64,000 nucleotides of DNA from Takakia lepidozioides (lineage: Eukaryota > Plantae > Bryophyta), in NCBI GenBank assembly GCA_030704615.1, contig CM060734.1, positions 39,990,001 to 40,054,000 on the forward strand. Reading direction: 5' to 3'. The notes below the pieces were generated by a model that was given only the letters and a program-made list of their open reading frames with translations, was not told where the DNA came from and made no database searches. The translations under genes and the position numbers were made by a program. How positions within the stretch are numbered: position 1 is the stretch's first letter; each line of letters opens with the position of its first letter. Shown piece after piece: positions 1 through 11,748 of this stretch.

Positions 1-1258
1 TTATCTGGATTTTGGACTGCACAAAGGGAATTTATATTGACAGCTCGCCATGTCAGAAACAGAGGATATTATGAGTTTTAGAATTTTGCCTTTAGTAGGT
101 GCGTTGTTGATTCATGAACTTGGCTGGGGTGTAGGTCATCTAAAGAAGAGAGCTCCAAGAGTGTGGAGTGCCAAGATCTTCATCCTACACAATGCACTAG
201 ACACTTGGCACAACGGATCACCCATTGATTGACTCGTAAATCATGGGGATCAGTCAAAGAGGAGCACCTGTTTCATCCATTCCAAATTCAGACACGATAA
301 GAGGTCCAGTGAAGCTTTGATTCTCCTCAATGAGAAAACGTGTGTGGCTGTCCACCCTATTCATGTCAAATGCACACACATTGTCCAAGTCGCTATTGGA
401 ATACGGTTCACTGGTGGTCCAAGCGTACCAGTGCATTTCGTACACTAGTTTGTGTGTCATGGTTAAATTCAACTGCTTTGAGCGGATGAAGCTGAGGTCT
501 ATAGTATAGTGAGTGCCACCAACAACCACCAATACATTTGGGTTGGCAGCATGCACAGCATCAGCTCCCTCCTCTTCGTACTTGTACCAGTCGTCTATGT
601 TCGGGTTTTGCCCTCGCAGCTCGTTCCGGAGGCTCATAGCCACAACATTCGGAGTATCCTTGAAAGTGCTTGCCACAATAGTCAGCCCATCCTTCCACGT
701 CTCGACATCAAAATACTCATCTCCCCACCAACCATTCCCATCATCCTCACCGCAGCACCACTGGGGCTTGCTCACATGATTGTCCAATAAAACCATCACA
801 TCATGTTCGCCCAAGGTTCGGACTACACTCTTGTATGCTTGTCTAACGGTGACATCTGCGAGCTCTGGGTTGTGAAGGGCAACACCATCAGCTGAGGCCA
901 TAAGACCTAGAGAATGAAGAGACTCAGTTACAGTCTGCAATCCCAAGCTGTCATTAGTCCACATCCAAGTAGCCCATGTAAGCCTTACGCAGTTGAATCC
1001 TAAGGAGGCAATTGTCTCTGCGATGGTGCTCGCCGGCTTCTTGTTGAGACCCTCGGGAAGCATGGCTTCCGTATGGCCCGCCCAATTTACACATGCCAGC
1101 TTCACTCGATTTCCACTCTGGTCAACAATCCACCTAGACTTCGCCGATAAAGGCAAGACAGGACCTGCTTGAATGCTATGCAGGATGCTGACGGACACCA
1201 ATACTAAGACGCAAAACGTCTGTGCATACAAGAATTGGTCGAGCTTCAACATCCTCAT
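1..1258 (-). CDS. Secreted glycoside hydrolase family 5 (cellulase-like) protein; exon 1 1258-268, intron 267-17, exon 2 from 16 running off the window
   Basis: Hydrophobic signal-like N-terminus after ATG 1258. Plant GH5 motifs RWIVD..G.RVKLACVNW, GFNCVRLTW, LDNHVSKPQWCC, LRNELRG (acid/base Glu), E.HWY and VSEFG (nucleophile Glu). The ORF stop at 254 is intronic: phase-1 donor ACAG|GT at 267 and acceptor tttgtgcag|TC at 17 give ...DETVQNPDN, the expected continuation. Confidence 0.9.
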
Positions 1259-1368
1259 GATCGCAGGGCTGGTTGCCTTGGCGCTGAGACTCCTACAATT
1301 GTAATGCACACGACAAATCAAACAAGCGACAGGAAACTCGTGCGTGACGGCTGTATGTAGCACCGGCC

Positions 1369-1379
1369 CCTTATATAGC
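1369..1379 (-). promoter_or_regulatory. Probable TATA box of the GH5 gene
   Basis: Minus strand reads CTATATAAGG about 110 nt upstream of ATG 1258. Confidence 0.55.
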
Positions 1380-3103
1380 AGCCGGTACTACCCAGCAAAG
1401 AAAATTTGAATCGCAGCCATGCTTTGGCAGCAAGCTTGCAGCGTCTCTCTCAGGTGGGCCTGGCTGCCTTGACGCAAGCCTGCCGGGGGGCTGCCATGTG
1501 CGCACATTCTACAGGCTTCGAATGCACATCGTACTTCCCAGCCCCGCCTCAAGGGCTTAACGATGACAAGAGCCCACCTGAGCCCGACTCGAGTCGCGAT
1601 CTCAGACCTCCACAACGGTGGATCAGCGACGGGGAGTGTATTGTCCACCACTCCAACACCAACAAAGCTAATTTAAAACACTGCATCCTACACATGCATG
1701 CAAGACTTGCAGGCATGAAATCCATGACTCGCACCATCCCAACGGCTGCTGCCTACTCCGATGTGTGCCCGATTCACCCATGGCCTCGACTTGCCTCCAC
1801 AGAACAGGACCGCCCATGTGCCCTCTTGCTGCCAATCCACTCAAGCCTGTTGTCTTTTCCACTTTACGATCTCGCCTGTACAGGATACATTATATAATAC
1901 TCTGCTCTCTTTGCATGTGGACCTCGTACGTAGTAGTAATAAGATAATCAGGTACTTCGATTACTACCCTCAGTCCAGCCTGACGAAGTCTCTCGAATAT
2001 TCAGATTGCGCACAAATAACAATCACCTTTACCTTCATTGCAAATCCTCGAAGTCTGTGTAGATTATATATCTACGTTGAGTCCTAAAAATAGAACGAGA
2101 CTTTGCAACTGCTGTCCAGAAAGAGATAAAGAGTCAGCTCAACACCACTGATCACGAGGGAGACTTCTCACTGTAAATTGTTGCCCAAGCACATCGACGT
2201 TTGATGCAGAGAGCAGATAAAGAAGAAATCAACCTAAAAAGTGGATCATTTGGGCCACTTGGATGTGAGTCGAGCTAATATGGGGAACAGTCAAATCGGG
2301 AAGCAGGAGAAGTGTAACACTCAGTTTGTCGCATGCGTCATGGATATTCCAGCTTCCAAGTGCCTCCGTGTCTGTGTGTCTGAGATGGTGGAAAATGAGT
2401 CCAACATGAGTTGGGAGGACAAATGAGTGGGCAGACTAGCTCGGAAGAAGGATCGATAGGTGTGACTACCGGTGGCCTCATCATCAGGCTAACTTATGAT
2501 CAAAGCAACTGTATTCCTCCCCCCTATTGCTCATCCGACACAGTTCAAAAGAAGCTGTACTTCACACCGTACCTTTCCGATTACAAAAAAACAAACTTGA
2601 TCAGTCCTCTTGACCATGTTGAGGTGAAACTTGGTGGAGAAGGGAGGACCCTGGACATTGCGTCATCGCCATTCACTTGAGCCACATTCTCCGTAGTGGA
2701 AAGGGGTATGTAGCTTTCGGCAGAAGAGCTGTTGATCAGCTTCATCTTGTTTTTTATACAATGATTCTCTACACCTGAAGAGCTTGATAGTCACGCATGG
2801 TGTCCAACCCTTGCGTCTCTCTGAGGCCTGCCATATTCTCGAGTATGGTGAGGTCATCCTGATCTAACAAGAAAAACACAAACAATAACTTTGTGATCAG
2901 TCTGCATCTGTTTCTTCATGGCCGCTATTCCTATTCCGTTCTTTTATATTACATGTCACCATTCCTTTCCTGCTCTGCTGTGCAGCTGTCTGTGTCTGTG
3001 TTCCCAACACCACAACAACACACCACACATTCACTACTTTAGGGTTTTGTGCAAGTTCACCATTTCAAGCTGTGGTGTGCAAGGCATGCCCATCACACAG
3101 GCG

Positions 3104-3132
3104 TTAGGTTAGGGTTAGGGTTAGGGTTAGGG
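3104..3132 (+). repeat. Interstitial telomere-like repeat TTAGG(TTAGGG)4
   Basis: Read directly from the sequence. Confidence 0.85.
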
Positions 3133-5179
3133 CCTCTTTAGACCAAGTGACCCCAAAGAGGTTCTTTTTAACTCTTGTACAAGTGTTCTTTTGTAAAGCT
3201 TTACCTGCAGATTTCTCCCAAACCCATATAGTAGCATTTGGGTATGGCATTTGGGTAGCCCTAGAGAGTCATGGTAACCTTTTTTTGCAAAAGTCTAAGT
3301 TAAGGGCGGGGTCACATGTGAGACATTGGCAAAAACTCCCTTCAAAGGGCACTGCGTTGTATGCCCACACCATCAAGTTTCAATTTCTTAGAATGATACA
3401 TCAACCTCCCATAGAGAGGTTGTCCTTGTGTTTGGAGAAGTGATGAAGACAAATATCCTTATACTACTCACAGCTTACAGCCGATGACAATGTGGATGCA
3501 AAACATTTAGCATGGTCTTGTGAACATGCTCAATTGACCTCCATAGGTGAAGGTTCAGTCTCATACCTTGCAACCCTATGTCAATGGTGTAGCTTTACAT
3601 CAGCCACTTGTAGCTGGGCAGGTAACGGTTTTAGAACCGTTCTAGAATCGCCTAAAAAAACCACCTAGAAATTGTTACCTCTCAAATTGTTCTAGAACAT
3701 CATACCCGGACATTTAGACTAACAAGTAGGTTTAGGTGCCTCACTTGCAGTTAGACTAACTTGCAAGGTTCTCAGTGAATTAGGACACCTCACTACCTAA
3801 CATAGATGGGTTGACATGAAACTTTGAGAATTTTCTATAGCTATAAACAACCAATATAGACAAATAATGTCATTTTCCATGAAGACCCCACAAACAAAAC
3901 CCTACACTATGTTTTGCCTTATGGCCTTGACGAGGTTAATTTTAATTTTAATTTAAGTAACAAGGCCTTCGCCGCCCTTTCAAGGTTATAATATATATAC
4001 TTTATAGAAACCCACTGTGTTCAAATGCTCATTACATAGCCTCAAACCACAATTTTCCCATCAAAAACTGGCAAGTTCTTCAGTTGGGAGTATGTAATCG
4101 ATATTAAATATTGCTGCCATTGTCCCGATTTATTGGGCCTGAAGCATATCTAGCTTCTTTTGGGATCTACGCCCTCGACTCCTGGTTACATGGCAGTGTC
4201 CCATGTCCCATTGTTGGTCTCCATGGCTCCCCCGCAAGGTTATTTTTCCTTGCTATAATCTGTTTTCAGACTTTTTCCATTTCAATGAAATTCTGAGGGC
4301 CTCCGAATCCATCCCTTCTTCTTGTTAAAAATAAAAAAATAAAAAAATGATATCATTCATACAGTCAAATTTATGTAGCATGTCTTTGAGCGTGTACATA
4401 GCTTATTTTGAAATATCCTAGTAGAAGAACCGTCCCAATGGTATCTTAGTAGTCAAGTTAGGTTTACCAAGTTGCACCTTCATATTTGTTGGCTCCTCTT
4501 CATTCTAAAGAGGAGACCCCGCATTAGTGTCGAAAATCGCTAAGTCCTTGTTGTGCCTTTACCAGGTATCACCTCCTCTTCTATGGTTGAAAACTACTTC
4601 CGTGATGTGCCTTCTCCAAATAACATCTCCCCTCCCTTGGGTAACATTTTTGTTATTGAACAACTTATGAAAAATAAATGGATTATTTGAGTGCGTCGGA
4701 GCAGCCAATGGCGGGCTCCGAATGGGGTGAGACTACGGGATTATTTTTTGGGGTAGCTATTGTACAAGCGTCAAGTGGTGGGAGTAGGGATGTTATGGGG
4801 TGGACAAGTATAGGGGTGGAACAACCTTCTAGAAGGCTCAAAGGCTCAACCACCGCTTGATACTCGTGCGAGTCCGCGGCTCGGAGGGAGGGCTCTCCTC
4901 CTACTGTAGTAGGCTTTGCATGGCAGCCCCACTACACTCTGCCTGCCCTTAGATAAATTTTACCTCTAAGACCGTTAAACTACCATAAATATCAAGAAAA
5001 TTTTACTCCCCTACTTGTGCTCACTAGCAAATGTTAAGTGTTATTTGTTAATAAAAGTTTACTTGAGTCCCCTCTAAATGCACCATAAAGCCGAGATATG
5101 GTCAAGTTAGCTTGAGATAAATTGCATTATTAAACTCCCGCTAGGTTAAGTTAAGATTATTAAAAAAAAAGATTATATC

Positions 5180-5413
5180 CTAAAACATAACCAATCATAG
5201 GATCACAAGGTAATACTATCGTGATTTGAAGCTAATACAATACAACAAGATATATGTTTAGGCGTCAATCGTGTTTAGCGTGCATATGTTTAACCTCAAT
5301 CTCAAGTCTAGAAATGCTAAATATATATCTTGTTGTGTTGTATTAGCTAATCATGGTAGTATCACCAAGTTATGATTACCCGAAATCTGATCCTATGATT
5401 GGTTATGTGTTAG
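5180..5413. repeat. Foldback / MITE-like imperfect inverted repeat
   Basis: ctaaaacataaccaatcataggatca...agctaatacaatacaacaagatatatgtttag is mirrored by ctaaatatatatcttgttgtgttgtattagct...tgatcctatgattggttatgtgttag. Confidence 0.7.
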
Positions 5414-5611
5414 AATGTATTTCTATCTTAAAACTAGCTGGAGCTTACTTATGGAGCTTACCTTAAAAAGAAAATTCACCATACAACAAAGAGAGATTTT
5501 AGTATTTTCATGATTTTTATTTTTATTTTCTGATTTATCCAAAGCAAATGTCCAGCAAACTCAGACTCTAAACAACTTCAACTAAAACTTTCCACTAATC
5601 GACAGTCAAGT

Positions 5612-5700
5612 TGCAGCCCAATGGGCAAAATATCGCCTCGGAAGTGGTTGTGGGTTCAATCCACCAATTGGTATCACAAAAGGTGTCCACCTTCCTACCA
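5612..5700 (+). mobile_element. tRNA-derived SINE-like fragment (same family as 44160-44370)
   Basis: A-box-like gcagcccaatgg and B-box ggttcaatcc. About 55 nt nearly match the reverse complement of 44161-44220. Confidence 0.5.
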
Positions 5701-6038
5701 AAAGGCAGTAGCTCTTTTGGCTAAGCAGACACCGTAATTTACACTTCCTCTTGGAGGCGTCATATATTATTATTCCACCAATCTATTATGGTATTCCGCA
5801 TGTCATTCAAATATTATAGTCAACAAATACGCAGTCAATTGGGTAGAGCTCGACCTGTACATTCTTGTATATATTATAATTTTTCTCTACAAATATGAAT
5901 TGGGTGCCAGCGCATTTCAGAAAGTTTTGGAATGTATGTAAGCCATTGTCCCGTGCTGAATCTCGTCTATGTATGGACAACAAATAAGATATGTTCCAAC
6001 TAAATAATATATTTTTCAGGTAGCTATTGATGACGTAT

Positions 6039-6654
6039 TGTTGCGGCCATTTGTAGGGGATCGAGACCCATGAGGGGCTGCACTTGTGGTGGAGGCAATG
6101 GTAGAAGTAGAAGAACTCGTTGGGCGGGGGACCCAAGTGGACAGGGTGATGGTGCCATCGAATGGGACGTGGGGGAACTCAAAAGGGGGCTTAGTAAGAG
6201 TAGGTGGGAGTTGTGGGAAAGTCTCGGGACTCACCGTGGGCCAATAGGATCACGAGGAGTGGCCGAGGCTCACCGTGACTCATCACAAGGAATGTAGGGA
6301 CAGGGTGGTGGTACACCAAAGAGGACATGTAAAACCCACGCCAACAATCACATAAGTATATATAGGGAGTAGTAACCTCGAGAATGGTGCAAGCCGGTTA
6401 AGTAACCATTTAAAGCTAGTGAAGCAAGCAAGCGAACCGAAAAGCAACCAAATGTGGGGAGCTATTCCAGACTGCCTACAACCGTAGGTCCACCCATCCC
6501 ACGTAATCGAGGGTTGCGTGGGGAGCAAAGGTGGACCATTATGCCTTGGTGAGCAGCCGAAGCTTGAAGTTGGCCCGACAGAATATTTGGGAGTTAGGCA
6601 CCAATGTGAGTAACTATGACTTAAGGAAAGTCTACCGAAGTGAAGTGCACAACA
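6039..6654 (+). mobile_element. Old solo LTR of the chromovirus LTR family seen at 22678-23311 and 34565-35287
   Basis: Starts TGTTGCGGCC and ends GTGCACAACA (younger copies: TGTCGCGGCC...GTGCGCGACA). Shares blocks such as tatagggagtagtaacc.cgagaatggtgcaagcc and ctcaccg.gactcatcac. Degenerate 5-bp TSD cgtat/catac. Confidence 0.75.
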
Positions 6655-7895
6655 CATACGTATCAAAACTCCTAAATAAATATAAATGACATGCACAAGG
6701 TAAAAGATTTCTTTGCACATATGGACATCCTTGAGGAATATAAAAAATATCCTAGAGCACCCAAAGAAATATATATAGTGCAGTCAAATTGGGCTAGAAT
6801 GGTCAAGCAAGAAACATTTGCAATGAAAGCAAGACATACCATGAGGCCAACACCCCATAACATCAACACTAGAACACAGTTACATATAAGAAGCATACAT
6901 ATCAATTTGTAGTAATCATCGCCAAAAAAGATAAATATACCTGAAATTTGAGAAAGACTTTCTGAGCCAAACTTTCAAAGGGCGTCACAAGCAATGCACG
7001 CTTGTCATGCATTGCATCATACTAAGACCACCATAATAATTAATAAATTGCATAAGTAGCTTCCAAACAATTTGGTTTGTTGGCATAACTACAACATCCA
7101 AGAAACTTGGAAAATGAATTAGTATTTTGGCTAATTAATGTAAGTTATTAACACAGTTGTAGAAGCATGCTTATGCAAAAACTGAAAGTCACATTAGGAC
7201 CTAATTAAATAAAGCACACACCAAAGTTGCCCCTGAAAATCCAGAACTCGAGACCTAGATCCAAATTCGAATTGTACTCAGTTTTTTTATCAATAGAGCT
7301 ATTGGTACTCCCTATGTAATGGATTTAAGATATATGGCAAGAACTTCTACCACTCATTTATATTGTATGTCATTGTGAAAGTCAAGTACCCATGCCATTG
7401 AAACATCCCTACAACCCAAAACATAGCTTGTGTAGAAGTCACTTACGCATGACAAATCAATCTGACCGTTATCATGATAGCTACGCAATAAAGGTATTAC
7501 CAAGGCCATGATGAACTATGAGCAAGAATTTTCTTTACAAACTCCCTAAGAAACTCATGCACTAGTACCTCGGATCTAGATGGAACCACCACACCATCCG
7601 AGAGTGATGGTCCAATAATGATGTGAGGGAAGGAATTGTCGACAGTTGCAGATTGTCGAGAGACTTTATATAGCCTGCAAACATCATAGTGCCTCCACCA
7701 CGCACCACACGCTTTGTGATTTTCACTCACACTGTATGCATGTGCTCTAGAGTGTTATATCATTTCACATTAACCTTATCTTAGAGCATCAAATATATTT
7801 CATCCAACATCAAAATCGATGTATTCCATCTAACAACATTCATCTAACAATCTTGGCCATGTGAAAAGCTGATCCAATGATAAGTGGGAATAAAC

Positions 7896-8836
7896 CACTC
7901 TTGGGCGGGTATATGAATTACCTTGATATACCCGGCGGGTATATCAGGGTGTTAAAATGAAGGGTATATAAGGGCCTTTATGTGCCTTCATAGCCTTTAT
8001 GTGCTAGGTCTTTTCTCTTTTTGTTGTGTTGTTAGGGAGCCTTGAGCTATAAGAAAGCTCCAATCACAGCTAAAACAATGCTACATATATATCATTCCTT
8101 AAATGTCATATAATCCAAACAATACCTTTTCAGATCTCGCATATATATATAAAGAAACCTGACAGCCCACAATTTAGGTCCTTGAGGGGGGGATTTATCT
8201 ATTTTATTTTATTTTCAAGGAAACCTGGGAGCGACAGCCCACAATTCTGGCCCTTGAGGAGGGGGAAAGATTTAACCCCCTTTCATTTATGGGCCATGAG
8301 ACCTACAGGACGATCAACGCCCAGACCGACCATCACAAACAATCCCACAAAGGGGCAGGGCAGTGGGTTCGAACCCCGAACCACCATAGCGACACACACT
8401 GTGCACTTATAGCTGAGCTACCAGCCGATGTGTTTTTTTTTAAATCTCAAACCTCCTCCATCTTGCATTGGAAATTAACACCAAAATATTATGCAATATC
8501 TTATCAATTTTCTCTCTTACCATAGATTGTTTTTTTTTGTGTTTTGTACATTTGAAGAAACAACATATATTTCTTAAAACTATTAAATTATATATTAATT
8601 GAAATAACTATCCATACCCGGAAACTATTCATACCCTCAAGGTATATTTTGGCATATATATCCATACCCGGGGGTTATATAGAAATCTGAAAAGTTAATT
8701 TATCCACAGGTACCCGAAGGGTAAATAATATTTTGAGATTCCAATTTATCCATACCCAAGAGGGTACATGATTTGACAAAAATAATTTACTTATTCCCTA
8801 AGGGTATATTGAAATCAATATACCCGCACAACACTG
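7896..8836. mobile_element. Non-autonomous hAT-like element
   Basis: Right end reads CAGTGTTGTGCGGGTATAT on the minus strand; left end is cactcttgggcgggtatat. Many subterminal TACCC/GGGTA motifs. 8-bp flanks gaataaac / gaatacgc (6/8 match). Confidence 0.6.
8190..8426 (-). mobile_element. tRNA-derived SINE nested in the hAT-like element
   Basis: Minus strand begins GGCTGGTAGCTCAGCT (A box), has GGTTCGAACCC (B box), and an A-rich tail near 8190-8215. Confidence 0.6.
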
Positions 8837-11748
8837 GAATACGCCATTGCATAGTCTATGCCTGGGCAGGGCCAACAAATACAAACATATATGTAATGCT
8901 GTATATAATCATATTATTTGTCTTTTGGTAGAAATATAAAGATGAGAAATGGGATGAAAACTCATCAGAAGCACATATGGTGAAATGCTCGCCAAAACCC
9001 GACCATTAATGATATTAAGTATACGAACAAGCATTACCCGACAACTACGCGCTAATTAGGCAAAATGCATGGACGGTCGGACGCCAAATGCCTACAACCT
9101 TTGTGGTGAATAGGCTATCACCGCCGTACAACCTTCTGATGCGCAAGTACAACTTTTTGGTGCGCGGATACCACGCGCAGTGGAAGCTAAATGCCATGGT
9201 ATTCGTGCTTAGGAGATGTGGTCAAGATACAAAGGCCAAAAACCCATATAGTATTACACACTCCATACCCACATGCCAATGCACCTGCTCCCAAATGGTC
9301 AAGACTCGAGCCCTATGTGCTACAATCATTTGTATATATGTGGGTCCATGTGTAGAGAGAAGGCTCTACCCAAGCCCCTCTCTAAGTAATAAAAGCCGCT
9401 TCACTTTTCAGCTATGCACATTTGGAGGTGGGCCCTATATTTCAATAGGTTCATATGTATTTATTAGTCTGGCTTCCATAGAGTGAAAGAACTTGGCTAC
9501 ACAAGTTGAAGAATAATAATAATAAATCACTAGGCTATATAATATAGTGAACCCTCTATATTTTAGTTTAGTACCTAGGCTATAAAGCCTCTCATTTTAA
9601 GATAATAGGGTCTTCTATGGGCACGTGCGATGTGGCCGGTGGGCCCCGCGCACGGACCCCCGGCTCTGCCCACGTCCGTCGCGCGGCCAGTCCCCCGCCC
9701 ATGAGTCCGCTGCCCTCCAGTCTGCCAGTCCGCCAGCCCGGTGCTGGCCAGTCCGCTGCCCAGCAGTCTGCCAGTCCTCCAGTATGCCCGCCAGTCCGCT
9801 GCCATCCAGTCCGCTGACGGCGCAGGCCCTCTGCACATACGAAGAGCAGATCGGGCATGTGCCTCCAGGTATTTGTCATCACCTTCTCCACCGTCCATTC
9901 CCATACGGCTGTTTGTTGTCCGATGTTGCGGTAGGCGTTGCCATGCACGCGATTGTACCTCTTTTGCACTCGATGTTCATGATGATGATGAAGCGTGTGC
10001 TTGAACATGAGAGGACTGTCTCGACACTACAACCACCATCGTGCATATGCTTCCACTATTTTTGCCTTCTTGTTGTGCTTTCGGGAACCTTCGTTTTATG
10101 GTTTGGTTCTATGTCATAAATATGGAAAATGCAGACATTTGTCGTCGATAACGTCCTCTGCTTGTGATCTGTCATGATACGTGTAGCCCCTTCGTACTGC
10201 ATCCCTCATGAGAGCCTTCACAAGTTTAGTTCGTTAAAGGAACCCATGGGTAACATGGGCGCGAAAATGGCGGAAGCGTATGCACATGGGGGCGTGTATT
10301 GCAGATTTCGTATCGGACGAGGGGACTGTTTATGTGACTAAGTATAGCGGCTTGCATCCGTCATGCATAAGTTGTGGAAAAGGGTGGAGAATCTGAAGAA
10401 ACCCAGTTTTGTGATGGATCCACATGGTATTATATAAGAGATGGCAGCACAAAAAAGCAATTCGAGTCGTCACGGAACTCTATCCAGTCCTAAGGTCCTC
10501 AAACATCCACACGCACCTGCTAAATGCAGATGTCTGAGCCACGACGGGAGCAGGTACAGAATGTGGGAGTAGGTAGAGAATCGGTACATTGTCGCATTTG
10601 CCAGGAGACGGACTAGGCTGACACAATTGCATCTGCAAATGCGCGTGGATGTTTGAGGTCCGTTGTGCCGCGAGTCTGTTCACAGTGGGTCCGCTGGCCC
10701 GTCAGTGCTCCGGATATTCCCCTTATCGCGTGCATAACAGTCAGTTTGGAGGCGGTCTGCTGGAAGTCCGTCTGTTGGGATATCAATCTGTCGCACTTGT
10801 GAATTTGTCAGTCTGTTGTGTCGGAAGTCTGTTGCACTAAGTCTGTTCGACTTCTTATTTTCCCTCCGGTCAGTCTTTTGGCTTGTTCTCCCGCCAGTCT
10901 GGCGAAACGTCTGTCTGCTGGACAGTTCTCCTCTATGGATATCAGTCTGTTGGACTGTGCATACATCAGTCTGTTGTGTCGCGAGTCTGTTCGCAATGGG
11001 TGTGTTCGACTTTGTTGTTCTCCCCTTACTCTCTTTTGTCTTCATTCCGCCCGCTTCTTTGCAAACCAGTCTACTGGACTGGAGGTGTGTTCGACAATCG
11101 TTCCCCGATGGATATCAGTCTGTTCGTCTGGTACTTTGTCAGTCTGTTATGCTGCCAGTCTCTTTTCAGTGTGTCCGCTGGCATGGAAGTGCCTCCAATA
11201 TGAAGCCGCTTCGCCTCAGCAAAGCGAATAATCCGCTGGACTGGCGGTCCGGTGGACTCTCGGCCCGATGGGAAATGAGTCTGTTGCACGTGCGAGGACC
11301 GTGGATGAATTTAGTACGATGCGTTCGTTCGGTGGACGTATTCTATGCAATGACGGCGGATAGTTAGCGCCTGTGAAATCGTGCCACGTTGGCAGTGCCA
11401 TGCCCGCTTTCCCCCTTCTACTTCTACTTTCTTCTCATGTTCCCTGTGCGATCGACTCCATTCTCTTCACGTCTGTTTCTTCGCACTGTTTCGTTTTCCT
11501 CTTTGCGTTTCCATCACCGTAACGAAAGACGGCCGTTCTTCCCCAGGTGTGGAGAGTCGCGGTGAGCCGCGAAGCGTCGCAAACACGCTCGCCTTCGTAA
11601 CAACTCGAAGTTCATCGGCTCGGTGAGGTTCTCACTTGCTACGGTGTTTCCATTCCATTCTGTGTCCTCTTCTTGCTTAGGGTGAGTCTTTTCATAGGAC
11701 TTATGTCTGTCGCTCATTGTCCTTGCACCCTCGTTTCATTCTGCATCG

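Noticed and set aside
254-267. GH5 as a truncated pseudogene ending at 254
   Set aside because: The stop lies in a phase-1 intron; the frame resumes at position 16.
3330-3443. Helitron Rep fragment (IHQPPIERLSL)
   Set aside because: Only a short resemblance, with no HUH or helicase motifs nearby.
8360-8426. tRNA gene (also 45850-45920 and 5612-5665)
   Set aside because: A and B boxes are present, but there is no complete cloverleaf and the sequences continue into SINE-like bodies.
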